This document shows positions 1 through 18,579 of a stretch of 64,000 bases of DNA, in pieces. The notes below the pieces were generated by a model, which was not told the origin of the DNA, did not search any database, and saw nothing but the letters and a program-made list of their open reading frames with translations. Location of the stretch: the NCBI RefSeq assembly GCF_009914755.1, contig NC_060930.1, one strand, 5' to 3'. Position 1 is the stretch's first letter. Each line of letters begins with the position of its first letter. This stretch comes from the human T2T-CHM13v2.0 reference genome, Homo sapiens. The position numbers and the translations under genes were made by a program.

Positions 1-583
1 TTGCCACTAGTGACCCCACGCACACCATGTGAGGGCCCAAGGACCTGCCCACCTAGTCCACTGCTGCCACTGCTAGCACCCAAGCAAGCCAGCTGGAGGC
101 CCAAACACTGGTCCACTCAAGGGCCCATGAACTGGCACACCCAGCCCACTGCCACCAACACTGGTGCTGAAGGACCAGCCCACCTGGCATTCCATCCCTT
201 GCAAAGCCTCACCACAGCCTTCATTAACAACTGCAACATAAGCCACTGAGAAAATCATAGACATTACTGACACTGATTATAGCCATAGAAACTATACTAC
301 TGTGCCCATCTAGAATCAACACCAACGCACGATACCCAACCAACAATACAGATAGCCTTTAAAGGAAAAAGTTTTTTTCCCTACAAAAGGCAATCCACAA
401 AATTGGAAGAAGTGACTGTTACTCCAGATGCACAGATATCGACGTGGGCATGAGAAACATAAAAAAAGCAAGAAACATGACATCTCCAAAAGAAAACAGT
501 AATTATTCAGTAATAGTTATCAATGAAAAATCTTTGAAATGCCTAAAAAAAATTAAAATAATGATATTAAAGAAACTCAGTGA

Positions 584-882
584 GGTTGGACGCGGTGGCT
601 CATGCCTGTAATCCCAACACTTTGGGAGGCTGAGGCGGGTGGATCATGAGGTCAGGAGATCAAGACTATTCTGGCTAACATGGTGAAACCCCGTCTCTAC
701 TAAAAATACAAAAATTAGCTGGGCATAGTGGCACATGCCTATAATCCCAGCTATTCAGGAGGCTGAGGCAGGAGAATTGCTTGAACCTGGGAGGCAGAGG
801 TTGCGGTGAGCTGAGATTGTGCTATGCACTCTGGCCTGGGCGACAGAGCGAGACTCCATCTCAAAAAAAAAAAAAAAAAAAA
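584..882 (+). mobile_element. AluS
   Basis: Full dimer with A tail. Confidence 0.95.
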
Positions 883-3501
883 GATGAACAATACAGAGGA
901 ATCAGAATAACAGTTAATTACCTGAATGAGAAATTCAATAAAGAGATATCATAAAAAGGAACCTAACAGAAATCCTGGAATTCAATGACTAAAATTGAAA
1001 ATACAATCAAGGGCTTCAACAACAGATCAAGTCAAGCAGACAAAATAATTTCTGAACTTGAAGACGGGTCCTTTGAAATAACCCAGCACACCAAAAAAAT
1101 AAATAAATAAAATTAAAAAGAATGATAAGTCTACATAATGTATGGGACACCATAAAGTGACCAAATATTTGAATTCTGGGAATTCTAAGAGGAGAAAACA
1201 TGGAAAGAGGCACAGAAAACCTATTTAATAAAATAATATCTGAAAAATTCCCAAGTCTTGAAAGAGATATAGATAACTAGGTACAAAAAGAACAAAGATC
1301 CCCAAATAGACTGAACCCAAGGCAGGTTATAGTCAAATTGTCAAAAGTCAAAGACAAAGAATTCTAAGAACAGCAAAAGAAAAGCATCGAGTAACATAAA
1401 AGGGAATCACCATCAGACTAACAGGGAATTTTTCTGTGGAGAAATTCAGGAGAGAATGGGATAAGAAATTCAAAGTGCTGAAAGGGAAAAGAAAATCCAA
1501 AACTGTCAGCCAAGTCTACCATACCCAGCAAAGCTATCCTTAAAAATGTAGAATAAAGAAAGTCTTTCCCAGACAAGCAAAAACTGAGGGAACTCATCAG
1601 TCCTAAAGAAATGCTTAAGGGAATCCTACATCTGAAAACAAAAGGACACTGTCTACCATCAGGAAAACACAGAGAAGTATAAAACTCACTTGTAGAATGG
1701 ATAGACAAATGAGAAGGGAGTCAAAGTTACCACTACAAAAAAAATTGTAAAGGTAAAGAATAAAAGAGAAAGGAACAAAGAATATACAAAACAATCAGGA
1801 CACAACAAACAAAATGGCAGGAGTAAGTCCTCGCCTATCAATAATAACCTTGAATGTACATAGTTTATATAATTATATAATGATGAAGGGATAAATTCAG
1901 CAAAAGGACCTAACAATTGTAAATATATATGCACCCAACACTGGAGCACCCAGATGTATAAAGCAATTATTATTAGAGCTAAAGAGAGAGATCTTAATAA
2001 AATAATAGTTTGGGACTTCAACATCTCACTTTCATCACTGGACAGATCATCCAGACAGAAAATCAACAAACATTGGACTTAATCTGCACTACAGACCAAA
2101 TGGACCTAACACAACATTTACAGAACATCTCGTCCAACAGTTGCAGAACACATGTTCTTCTCATCAGCATCTGGAACGTATGGTCTCCAGGATAGACCAC
2201 ATGTTAGGCCACAAGACAAATCTCAACACATTTTTAAAAGTCAAAATATCAAGTATCTTTTCAGACCACAATGCAATAAAACTAGAAATCAATAACAAGG
2301 GGAATTTTGGAAACTAAAAATACATGGAAATTAAACATGCTCCTGGATTACCATTGGGCCAGTGAAGAAATTAAGAAGAAAAAAGATTTCTTGAAATAAA
2401 TGAAAATAGAAACACAACTGACCAAAACCTATGGGACACAGCAAAAACAGTATTAAGAGGCAAGTTTATAGCACTAAATGCCTAAATAACTGGAAAGATT
2501 TTAAATAAACAAACTAGTGGTGCACCTCAAGGATAGCAAATGCAAGAACAAACCAAATCTCAAATTAGTAGAAATAATAAAGATCAGAGCAGAACTAAAT
2601 GAAATGAAGACTGAAAAAATCACAGGGATCAATGAAACAAAAAGTTTTTTAAGATTAACAAAATTGATAAACCACTAGCTAGGCTAACCAAGAACAAGAG
2701 AAGATCCAGATAAATACAATCAGAAACTAAGAAGAAAACATTACAACTGATACTAAAGAAATACAAAGGATCATCAGAGACTACTATGAACAATTATATG
2801 CTAATGAAGTAGAAAGCCTAGAGGAAATAGATAAATTTCTGGACACATACAACCTACCAAGATTGAAACAGAGAACCTAAACAGACCAACAACGAGTAAC
2901 AAGATTGAATCAATAAGAAAAAGTCTCCCAACAAAGAATAGCCTATGAGCAAATGGCTTTATTGCTGAATTCTACCAAATTCATAAATAAGAACTAATAC
3001 TAATTCTTCTAAAGCTATTCCAAAAAACTGAAGGAGAGAATTCTTCTTAAGTCATTTTACAAGGCTAGCATTACCCTGATACCAAAATCAGACAAGGACA
3101 CAGCAACAAACTTATAGGTCAATATCCCACATAATCATAGATACAAAAATTCTCAACAAAACACTAGGAAACCAAATCCAACAACACATCAAAAATACAT
3201 CATAGTTAAATAGGATTTATCCCAGGGATGCAGAGATGGCGGCTCAGCATACACAAATCAATAAATGTGATATATCACATCAAGAGAATGAAGGACAAAA
3301 ACCATATGATCATCTCAACAGATGCAGAAAACGCATTTGATAAAATTCTACATCACTTCATGATAAAAACTCTCAACCAATTAGGTGTAGAAAGAACATA
3401 ATTTAACATAATAAAGGCCATATATGACAAATCCACAGCTAACCTTATACTGAATGGGGAAAACCTGAAAGCCTTTCTTTTAAGAACTGACACAGAAAAA
3501 G

Positions 3502-4115
3502 TGTTGGTGGAAGGGCTGAGGCAAGGCTCACTTGTCTGACATAATGTAAAAGAGTCTTGGAACATGTCCTGGGTCCAGGGTCTAAAACCCCTTGTGGCCT
3601 TTGGAACACCAAACTCTGCCAAAGGGTGGAAGGCTGCCCTGCTCCACTACAATCTAAGCCCAGGGCATAAAACCCCTTGTGGCTTGGAGAGAACCCAGGG
3701 CTCAGGGCCCCTCCTAGCCTCTGGAATGTGTCCAGACTCGCTGGCCCCTTGCTCCTTGCTCTCCCAAGATCATAAATTGATTGTATCTTGAATTAGAAGA
3801 ACTGTTCTCCCTTATCTCAAGTAGCAGAGCATATGCTAAACTGTCACAGCTACGCTTGATGCACCGCTACCTTTCTACCCCCACGTCCTCACGTCCTCAC
3901 CTGTCTACCCCCACGTCTGCATGTCCTCACCACCTGCTTCTTTGATTACCAATAAACAGTGTGGGTTCCCAGAGCTGGGGGCCTTCACAGCCTCCATACT
4001 TGTGTTGGCCCCCTGGACCCACCCTATGTACTCTTAACTTGTCTTGTCTCATTCCTTTGACTCTGCTGGACTTTGTAGTCCCCATGACCTGGTGTTGGGT
4101 CTGATCACCCGAACA
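3502..4115 (+). mobile_element. Solo ERVK-class LTR (LTR3-like, HML-6) inserted in L1 ORF2
   Basis: TG...CA ends (tgttggtgg...gatcacccgaaca), internal AATAAA, AAAAG duplicated at 3497-3501 and 4116-4120. Family name from recall. Confidence 0.75.
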
Positions 4116-6124
4116 AAAAGGTGAGTGTTCACTACTCCTACTCAACCTAGTATTGTTAAGTACTAGGTAGAGTAGCTAGACAAAAGAAAGACAAGTCATG
4201 CAAATTGTAAAAGAGGAAGTCAAATTGCACCTCTCTGCAGACATCATGATCTTGTATCTAGAAAGGCCTAAGACTCCACCAAAAAACTTGTAGAACTGAT
4301 AAACGAATTTAGCAAAGTTGCAAGATACGAAAATTAACATACGAATGTTAGTTGCATTTCCACACATCAACAATGAACTAGCTGAAAAATAAATCAAGAA
4401 AAAATTCCATTTACAATAGCTACAACATAAAATATAAACATAAAATACCTAGGAATAAATTTAGCCAAGGACTTGAAAGACCTCTACAAGGAAAACTATG
4501 AAACACTGATGAAAAACAACTGAAGAGGGCAAACAAATATAGACTCACTTGCTCATAAATTGGAAAAATTAATATCGTTAGAATGACCATACTACCCAAA
4601 GCAAACTACAAATTCAATGCAAACCCTAAACCAATTATATTCTTCAAAGAAATAGAAAAAAAATCCTAAAATTCATATAGAACCACAAAAAAAAAAAAAA
4701 AAAAACTCAAATAGCCAAGGCAATACTAAGCAAAATAACAAAGCTGGAGAGCATCACACTACTTGACTTGAAAATATACTATAAAGCTGTAGTAACCAAA
4801 GCAGCATGGTACTGGTATAAAAACAGACACATAGGCCAATGCAACAGAACAGAGAATCCCCAAATGAACCCATATATTTACAGCCAACTGATTTTCAACA
4901 AAGATGACAAGAACATACATTGGGAAAGAACAACCTCTTCAAGAAATGATGCTGGGAAAACTGGATATTCTTATGCAGAGGAATGAAACTAGACTCCTAT
5001 CTCTTGCCATATACAAAAATCTACTCAAAATAGATTAAAGTCTTAAACATAAGACCCAAAACTATAGAACTACTAAAATAAATCACAGTGGAAATGCTTC
5101 AGGGCTTTAGTCTAGGCAAATATTTTATGGCTAAGACTTCAAAAACACAGGCAACAAAACCAAAAACAAGCAAACGGAACCACATTAAACTCAAAGCTTC
5201 TGCACAGCAAAAAATTCAACCAACAGAGCAAAGGGACAACCTGTAGAATGGAAGAAAATATTTGCAAACTATTTATCCAACAAAGGATTAGCATCCAGAA
5301 TATACAAGGAACTCATATAAGAGCAAAAGAAAAACCACAAAACAATAATCTTATTAAAAAGTAGACAAAGTATCTGAGTAGACATGTCTCAAAGGAAGAT
5401 GTGCAAATGTGCAGTAGGTATATGAAACGATGCTCAACATCATTCATTATCAGGGAAATGCAAATCAAAACCATGATGTGGTATCATCTCACCTCAGAAT
5501 TGCTATTATAAATAAAAGTAACAAATGCTGGTGAGGATGCAGACCAAAGGGTACTCTTATACACTGTTGGTGGGAATATTAATTAGTACAGTCATTATGG
5601 ACAATAGAATGGAGGTTTCTTAGAAAACTAAAATCAGAACTACCATATGATCCAGCAATCCCACTAGTGGGCATTTATCCAAAGGAAAATCAATTAGTAT
5701 ATCAAAGGGATATCTGCACCCTATGTTTATTGCAGTACTACTCACAAAGGTGAAGATATGGAATCAACAAGTGTCCATGAATGGATGAATAAAGAAAATG
5801 TGATACATATACATAAATGGAATACTATTCAGCCATAAAAAGAGTGACATTCTGACATTTGCAGCAATGTGAATAGAACTGGAGGTGTTTATGTTAAGTG
5901 AAGTAACCCAGGTATGAAAGACAAATATTGCAAATTCTCATTCATATATGGGGGCTCAAAAGGCCAACCTCATAGAGGTAGAGTAGAGTAATAGTCACCA
6001 GAGGTTGGGAAGTGGTGAGGCAATGAAGAGAGGTTGGTCAGTGGCTACACACAGATAGAAGGCGTAAGTTCTAGTGTTTGATAGCACAATAGGGTGACTA
6101 TAGTTAGCAATAACTTATTGTATA

Positions 6125-6964
6125 TAGTCATGCACCACATAATAACTTTTCTATGAATGATGGACCACATACATGATGGTGGTCCCATAAGATTATTCTG
6201 GACCTGAAAAATACCTATTATCGAGTGACGTCTTGATGATCCCAAGTTTGTGTCGGCCTAGGCTAATGTATATGTTTGTGACTTAGTTTTTAACAAAAAA
6301 GTTTTAAAGGTTTTTTTTATAAAGCTAAAAATAGGAAATAGTTTACAGAATAAGGATATATTTGTACAGTTATACCATGTGTTTGTGTTTTAAGCTAAAT
6401 GCTATTACGAGAGTCAAAAAATTAAAATGAGTTAAAAGTTAAAAAATTAAAAACTTTTAAGTTTATAAACTAAGTTTAGTTTACAGTAAGATAAGATCAA
6501 TTTATTATTGAAGAAATTATAAAGTAAATTTAGTGTAGCCTAAGTGTACAGTGTTTATAAAGTTTACAGTAGTGTACAGTAATGTCCTAGACCTTCACAT
6601 TCACTCACCACTCATTCACTGACCCACACACAAGCAACTTCCAGGCCTGCCAGTTCCATTCATGGTTAGTGTCCTATATAGGCGTACCATTTTTTATGTT
6701 TTATACTGTACTTTAGGTGTACCTTTTTAATATTTAGATACACAAATATCACTGTGTTACAATTGCCTACAGCATTCAGTACAGTAACATGCTGTACAGG
6801 TTTGTAGTCTAGGAACAATAATATCATATAGCTTAGCTTAGGTGTACAATAGGCTATTTCGTCTAGGTTTGTGTAAGTACATCCCATCATGTTTGCACAT
6901 CCAAATCTATTTATCAATGATACATTTCTCAGAAAACATCCATGTCATTAAGTAACACCTAACT
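6125..6964 (+). mobile_element. Tigger3-family DNA transposon, internally deleted, in the L1 3'UTR
   Basis: (c)agtcatgcaccacataa terminal repeat and characteristic internal sequence. L1 3'UTR resumes after it. Confidence 0.8.
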
Positions 6965-7149
6965 ATATTTCAAAATAGCTAGAAAATTCAAAATGTTCCT
7001 AAGACGAAGTAATAAGTGTTTGAAGTGAATATCCTCAATATCCTGATTTGATTACATATTGTATGCATCAAAATATCACATGTACCTCATAAATACATAT
7101 AATTATTAGCAGTAAAAGTTAATCTAAATAAATCATCATTGGTAAGTCT

Positions 7150-8200
7150 GTATGTATATCCAAGACTGCTTCCTTAAAATACATTTCCAGAAATGAACAT
7201 GCTAGGTTAACCAACGTAAATATTTCTAAGTCCCATGTTGCATATAGCCAAACTGCCTCCAGAAATATTGTACCAATAAATATGGGATTCATAACAGTAT
7301 TAATATACTCAAACCCCACATCTAAACCACGATTTTCTGAAAACAAATTAGGCCAAATATTTTTTCACATTTTATTGGTCACTTTGCATTTCTTCAGTGT
7401 GAGATCTTTAACTCTTTCCTTTTGGGGTTTATTTCATTACATCTCTTTTCTATCATATATACGACAGAAAAGTGCTTTTTTCAAACTGTCATTTGATTTT
7501 TCAGTTTTTAAGGTATTTAGAAACATAAATTTTAGTGTTTTTTGGTAGAGATAGCTATCAATTATTTTTTGTGAATATTTCAGAAAGCTCCCACAATCCC
7601 AAGAGTGTTTAAGTATTTGTGTGTATATATTTACTTCTCTTATAATTTCAATTTTATATTTAATCTTTAACCATCTGGGAAATGTATTTGCTATAACAAT
7701 TAGCTACTTCTCTGAAAATTTACTGAATTATCCAACCACTCCTCATTTAGAATTTCATATGCTAAATTATTTCATGTACTGAAAAAATTAGTGTTTTCTC
7801 TTGTGCTTTACTGATGTATCAATTGTTTTGCAGCTCCCCTGCCATGCTAACTCAGAATTATCATATTTTGGAAATATTTTGCCCACTCATCACCCTTTTT
7901 TTCTTTCATACTAAAATTAGAATCATCTTAAATTTAGCTTACAAATATGGTTTTAACTGACAATTGTATTCACTCATCCCATAAAGGTACATAATTCCTC
8001 ATGTATGAAATCAGCCTTTTCTCATTATAAAAATTTCTAAATAATTTTTGTTGTCTTGCATATTTGTTATTAAACTCATTCCCATATTTCATATTTCTAC
8101 AGCTATTGTGAATATTTTTTCTATTATGCTTTCAAATTATTAGTACTTATGTGTATATAGTACTACCAATTTTACACATATTCATTTTGTAGCTGTTCAC
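7150..8200 (-). mobile_element. Old L1M fragments
   Basis: T-rich sequence resembling antisense ancient L1. Weak. Confidence 0.4.
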
Positions 8201-8981
8201 AAAATCATATGAATGTGCCATGCATTATTCCAGTGAGAAAGTCTATGGAAGTAACAGGTTCTCAGAGGGACATATAAATTCACAAAAGCTTAAACACTAC
8301 TGCTTTAAGTTTTCTCAACGACTATCTAGCAGGTTCATCATTATTTATCCTTATGTGTAAGCAGTTGTCCTGGACACCAAAACCAACTCCAAACTCAGTA
8401 AGTCTGCACTAAGCCACACACTGGATAAGTTCCATAACAAGTGGATTTTCCTGTCCCTAGATGATCAATTGTAAATTACAGGCTTCTGAGCTAAATCTTC
8501 ATATTTTCAGGCCATCGTCTCTGTAACCATAAGAAAAAGACAACAGACTTTTCTAGACATATTAGATCTCAAAATGTACTCTCATTTACATGGCCTTTAC
8601 ATATTTAGGTGTGGAAATAACAAATGCACTTTCCAATTTCACCCTTTCTAGATACTTGATTAAGTCATGTTTTCCAGCCCCTTCTCAGCTGGAACATGAT
8701 GACTGCCATATTCAACTTAGTAGAGGTTTATATTGCAAGATTGGGCTTGAATGAAATCCAGGTAACTTAGCCTTTATCTATCAACAATTTGATTCTTTTT
8801 TTCTCAGTTTTTATCTAATACCATATTCTTAATCAAGAAAAGATCTCAAACCCCTAATGTAATAATTCATAGAACTTATACCACTTTATCTCTTAGTTTT
8901 CTTCAATATTTGTGACATGTATTTTAGAAAAGTAATGCAAGGGTAATAAACAGCTACATGACACGTGCTCTATATCATATC

Positions 8982-8987
8982 TTTATT
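8982..8987 (-). terminator. ZNF204P: Poly(A) signal AATAAA of ZNF204P
   Basis: tttatt on +, about 380 nt downstream of the last finger relic. Confidence 0.6.
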
Positions 8988-9089
8988 GACTCCTTAATAA
9001 CTACTACAAGCTCACTTGTGAATCACACCTGATGTACAATAAATAAGTCACAATTCTGAACCACATCTATAGAAACTTGAATTCCTAGT

Positions 9090-9270
9090 AAATATAATAA
9101 TTGAGGATCTTAAAGCTCAACAAGTCAGGCCTTCCAGTTTTTCAGATGAGGAAATTAAGGCCTAAAGATATGAAGTGACTTACCCCAAAGTAAAAGATCT
9201 AGTTAGTAATAGGAGCTGAGATTGAGATCCATGACTTTTAAAACCCAGAATCATGCTCTCTCCACTAAAC
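9090..9270. mobile_element. MIR
   Basis: MIR core (cagatgaggaaattaaggc...aagtgacttaccc). Confidence 0.6.
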
Positions 9271-9364
9271 CATGTGATCATTCTAAGTAGTCAACAGTTT
9301 TCACGATCCTCCTTCTGTTTCCCTGGGAAGGGTCTCCATATTAACCAAATTCTTAAGGCATTCA

Positions 9365-11367
<2,003 letters not shown>

Positions 11368-13169
11368 CTAAAAGACATAAAAATATGACTCTACTATGTG
11401 CCAAATGTTGGGAGAAAAGAAGCTGGTATATTAGGAATGGAATAATGAAATTGCAGATACTGAGAACATAAAATACTGGGACTATAAGATAGTAATCTAG
11501 GGAGGAGTGAGATGGAAATACTAGTGGAGTGAAAGTGTCTGATACAGAGCATAACGCAATCAATGGGAATGAAGCAAACATTCTGTCAGGTGAGAAGAAT
11601 GATTAGGGAAAAAACTAAATGGCGAATATTAGAAAAGAGAAACAATGAGCAGGGATTAAGAAATGAAAACTGTTATCAGAAAGAAATAGTCTTTTAGAAA
11701 TTATCCTATGAGAAAACTACTTACTCAGCATTGAAACTATTATCTTAAAAAATACTAAGAGCTTTTTATTTTCAATAAGCTTTTATATTAGATTTTTTAG
11801 TACTTGTACAAAGTAATACTTTTAGCTAATTATTCTTTGTCAGGTAACTGCTGTTATTGCTTTACACTTGATATAAAAAGACCATAAACTCTAGGTTTAA
11901 GGACAAAGGAAAGGATGAAAAGGGAGAAATTTACTCTTTTGAAATGAAAAAATAATTATTAGGTCTTTCTAATGACAAATCTACATTATTTTTCACTTTC
12001 AGTCATGGATAAAGAGGCAAGTAACATAAAGCATAGGGAAAAAAGGATAGCTCTTCTTCATCAGCATGTTAAAAAGTAGTCCTTCACTCTGGATTTATTC
12101 TTCAGAGAGAGTTATTGTATTAATATGATGACTGAAAATTGTTTGTAAAGTCATGATTTATAATGGGTTTCATTGCAGGATGACTGGGAAGGGACCTGGC
12201 TGATTTATTAGAGGATGCCCAAATATTGGCACCTACAGTTCTTTTATCTTAGGCTGATTAGTTTCCCCAGAATGAATCACTTTAACCTTCTACCTGAAAG
12301 GGAGTAGGATGTAGAAGTCCAGTAGAAGGAAAAATTGAGGTGAGGGTCTCTCCATTCAATATGTAGATTTTTACTAAACCATCTGTTTTCAATGTGTCCC
12401 CTAGATTCTGGCATATATTACACATAAAAATTAATGATTTTATTAGCTGTACTCCTAACATTCAACACTCATTTCTCATTTTAACTCTAATTTATTTATC
12501 ACACTGGTCTATAAAAAAAAGAAAAGCAAAAACAAAAACAATAACAACAAACAATACTTCATTATTGCTTCTCCTGCACAAAAAGCCCTTTCTTCTTTCT
12601 TTTGCCCATCTAATTCTTGACACTACTTTGGAGCGCCACTCAAATGACACTAGTCCCACAACATTCCTAACTCTCCAGTTTCCCTGATTTCCTACTACTT
12701 ACTATTTTAACTTCTAATTTTAGCACTTAATAGCAGTGCTGTACATTCTTTATCTATTTTCTCCTGTCTGCACATGTTGTCTTCAAAGTTATCATTTCAT
12801 GTCTTAGAAAAAGGGAAAGAACTTTGATGAAGTTTTTGGTTTATAGCTAATATTAATTGAGTTTATGCTGGGCTGACTTACAAGATCAACATATCAAATC
12901 TTCCTAACAAGCCTATAAGTGAGATAATAGAATGTCAATTTCAAGGGAGGTTCAGAATGCTGAAGTTACTTGTCTAAGGTACACATAAGTCAAACTCCAG
13001 AGTCCAAACTCTTAGTCTCTACTGCTGCCCCAAGAAGCAGTCCAATATAGTAAAAAGATAATGGCTAGAGACTCAGAATATCCTGAGCTTAAATCCCAAG
13101 TCCTACTATGTGTGTGACATAAGGGGTAGGCTTCTTGTTTGGTGCCTTTTCAGTACTACATACTGCTGA

Positions 13170-13420
<251 letters not shown>

Positions 13421-14324
13421 TGATAGTGAATATCTACTTTTTAAATAATTATAGACATAAATACTAAGAGGAATATTCAACCTGTAAACTGAAATAACCA
13501 CTATAGAGATGACATTTTATAGACATCTAATATTAAGAGGCAGGAACAAAAACTATGAAAGGAACCCATGGAGTTCTTAGGAGATTAGATGAATCAGAGC
13601 TTTACACTGTCATGCACATCATGAAAAGATGATTTCATAAAAGACAGTGAACTGGATCAATTTTACCCGCAAAGATAAAAGAGGGCTAAGAAGAGGTCCT
13701 CAGATTCTCAAAGAAAAGGAGTCATGTCCTTCATAAGTATATTTACAATACAATGGTGAGAGACAAACACAAATTACAGGGTCAGAATTCAGGAAAGTAA
13801 AGTAAATCCTAGCAATCACTTTCCAAATCTGCATGGGTCACACCTTTTGTCATAAACAGGGAGGAGAAACAGTTGTTTCTGAACTCAGAAATGAACCTGA
13901 TCCTTCAAATCCAAGCCAAATGCAGTAAAGTATGCAAATAATAATAAACACAATAGTGGCAATAATAACAGGAAAAGCAGCAACGCTAACATTTACCAAG
14001 TCCTTATACTATATCAGGGCTTTTATGCCAACCACTTATTTTATTCTGTCTCTTACAAGAAATCCTGAAGAAACAGTTTTTTTTTTAGGATTTTACAATA
14101 TTTTATTTTTAGCCCTATTTATATGGCGAATGGCCTCAAAAGGTTTTTAAAACCCTAAGGGTTTTTAACGTAGCAAAGCCAGGACTTGGACTCAGGTCTC
14201 CTCTCCAAAACCCACATTCTGAGCCACCACATTACGCTTGCCATGACTATTAACAACTAAAGATGACAAAACACTGCATGAAAATATTCTAACATGCAGA
14301 AAGAAAGTAACCTTTAACCTTTAC

Positions 14325-14448
14325 CTAGCAAAACCAGGTTTCTATATTTTTCCAACATGTTTCTGTATATGGACTTCTGAACAGTGTCCATTTGCTTCCA
14401 CTTCTCCCAGGTGATGTCCATAGCCACCTCTTCCAACGTCTTTGGTAA
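14325..14448 (-). other. ZNF204P: ZNF204P KRAB-A exon (124 nt, open frame)
   Basis: ttttag|...|gtaaag. Translates LPKTLEEVAMDITWEKWKQMDTVQKSIYRNMLEKYRNLVLL(G), matching KRAB-A consensus VTFEDVAV.FT.EEW..LD..Q..LYRDVMLENY.NLVSL with a one-codon deletion. Confidence 0.9.
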
Positions 14449-14689
14449 CTAAAAACCAAATATATTTGCATTAACACCAGAAGCAATTATACTGATTTGC
14501 ATCCAAAGTAATAGATGAAGGTAACCAAATTGGGGGAAATGAAAGAAAGAGTATCAAGTTACATCACATATTTGTTGAGCACTCACTGTGTGTTACACAT
14601 TATAATCTAATTTTCTTGGCACTATAAAATAAATTTGAGACATTATCCTTGCTTTTTATCTTAAAATTTTGGGCAAAAAAGATTTGTAT

Positions 14690-14960
14690 GCCAGGCATGG
14701 TGGCTCACACCTGTAATCCCAGTACTTTGGGAGGCCGAGGTGGGCAGATCACTTGAGTCCAGCCTGGGCAAGGTGGTGAAACCCTGTCTCTACAAAAAAT
14801 ACAAAAAATTAGCCAGGCATGATGGCACACATGGGTGGTCTCAGCTACTCAGGAGGCTGAGGTAGGAGGATCACCTGGGCCCAGGATTTTGAGGCTGCAG
14901 TGAGTCTGGGGTGACAGAATGAGACCCTATCTCCAAAAAAAAAAAGAAAGAAAAAAGAAA
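14690..14960 (+). mobile_element. AluJ with internal deletions
   Basis: Alu dimer with A tail. Confidence 0.9.
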
Positions 14961-15129
14961 AACGATTTGTATGCATAAAGTAGGTAAATAATATAATAAT
15001 ATAAACCAATGACAAATAGTATAGTTAAAACAATAAGTGCTAACATTAAAGTAAAACAGCCTGAATAAGGAAAGGTTTCCTAGAGGAAATAGAACACAAG
15101 AAGGACTTCAAAAGAGATCATAAGCAGTC

Positions 15130-15452
<323 letters not shown>

Positions 15453-15499
15453 TAAACTTCTAGGGAGACCCATGAAGAGATCAAGAAATCTGTTTAGTG

Positions 15500-15730
15500 G
15501 GTAGTAAACCTTATTTAAGAGTGTAGACTCTAGAGCTAGACCTAGATTCAAATCCCAGGTTTACCACCTACCAACTATAGAATCTTGGCCAGTTAAACTC
15601 TGTCTCATCTACAAAATGGGGACAATAACAAGTCCTACATCTCAGGCTTATTACAAGGATTAAATGAGTTAACGTAAAGCACCTAGAACAGAGCCAAGAA
15701 TATAGAACGCACTATCTAAAAGTTAACATT
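15500..15730. mobile_element. MIR
   Basis: ttcaaatcccagg...tacaaaatggggacaataa...ttaaatgagttaa...gtaaagcac pattern. Confidence 0.7.
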
Positions 15731-16329
15731 ACTTTTAGTGAAAGAGCAGAATGAATAACAAGAATGTTATTCATATTGAATGATATTATTTGCTATTCAT
15801 ATTGAATTACATTATTTGTCATTCAATAATAATGTTTTGACATGCTTGAGTGCCTGGTACATAGTATGGGTACAATAAGTCATAGATGAATACGTGACTC
15901 TTCATTAGTCTCTATTGGGGCAGAAACGTAGGATCTAAAATATGCTGCAAAGCCTTTTCTTTTAAACACAAACATTATTCATGTAATGCAAAAGAATTTA
16001 CAAAGTATCAGGTATTACATGTATTATATACTCAAATGCATCAATTATTATAAAGCAAATATAAGGTTTGTTAAAGGAAGATAGATCGACAAAGTATGTG
16101 AATTATCAAATTTTGAAAAACAGAGAAAAGTCTTTTCCTGGGAAGCATTCTTGAGTTTACAGAGTACAAAGTTGAATAGAGTCAAGTATTTATATTTAAA
16201 GTTGATCACTTTTATTATAAAAAAGCAAATTTTACAGTTATTGCAATGCCTACTGATTAGTTTTCTCCCTCAAAGCGTTTTTAGGATACTTTTGTTTTGA
16301 ATAATACTTTTGTTTTGAACTAATAAACA

Positions 16330-17490
<1,161 letters not shown>

Positions 17491-17664
17491 ACTGTGAATT
17501 TTGTTTGATTAATGCAGAAATAATTAAGAAAGTTCTGGATGAAGGGAAATCACACCAGATAGAAATTCTGATTCCCAAAAAGAAATAAAGAAATAAAGAG
17601 CATTTAGAAATCATTGGGCAAATTAAAATTTGTTTTTAAAAGTTTGCTTTTATCTTTATTTTTT

Positions 17665-17965
17665 TTTCCTCTTTTTCTTTTTTGAGACAGGTTTTTCTCT
17701 GTCATCTTGGCTGGAGTGCAGTGGCACAATCTCGGCTCACTGCAACCTCTGACCCTGGGTTCAAGTGATCCTCCCACCTCAGCCACCCAAGTAGCTGGGA
17801 CCACGGGCATGCACCAACAGGCCTAGGTATTTTTTTTTAAGTTTTAGTAGAGACAGGGTTTAACCATGTTGGCTAGGCTGGTCTTGAACTCCTGAGCTCA
17901 AGCGATGCACCTGTCTTGGTCTCCCAAAGTCCTGGGATTGCAGACATGAGCCACCACGCCTGGCT
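17665..17965 (-). mobile_element. AluJ
   Basis: Antisense diverged dimer. Confidence 0.9.
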
Positions 17966-18579
17966 GCTTTTGTCTTTATTTCTTTATAATATATATAACT
18001 ATTTAAAATATATACATAACATTTTCTTGAACAACTTATAACATATGTAGATGTAACACACAGAACAACAAGCAGAACAAAAAGAACGAGGTGTCATAAT
18101 TGAACACATATAGTTGCAAGGCTTCCACTTTTTGTGAAGTGACACATTAAATCTAAGAAGATTGTGAAGAAGTAACGATATATATTGTAATCCCTAGAGC
18201 AGCTACTAAAAACGTAGTTTAAAAGTCTGTAAGAAAATTTAAGATTTTTAAGAGAAAACCTTAAAATTCAGCCATATGAAGATTAAAATTAATATAGCAA
18301 ATTAAGTTTTCCACAGAAGTGTTAGGGACTGCCAAGATTATCGAGGAGGCATTTTGAGGTTGGAGAGCATAAACTTTTAATTGTTTTAAATCATTCAACA
18401 TTTATTCAACACAAGTTTAATGAGTACTATATGCTAAATACTCTAGGCACGGTGATATAACAGTGAAAGAGACTAAAAAACAAAACAAAACAAAAAGAAA
18501 AAAACTCTGCCTACATAGAGCATACTCCATAGTAAGAAAGACAAACAATACACTCGCTACATAAATACATTGTATATTA

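Larger units (their letters stand above)
1..7115 (+). mobile_element. Decayed near-full-length LINE-1 (L1MA/L1PB-age) with nested Alu, LTR and Tigger3
   Basis: 5' GC-rich repeats, ORF1-like then ORF2-like sequence (e.g. 4768-4986 [21 protein letters not shown]), and an L1MA-type 3' end (aaaatatcacatgtacctcataaat). Many stops and frameshifts. Confidence 0.9.
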
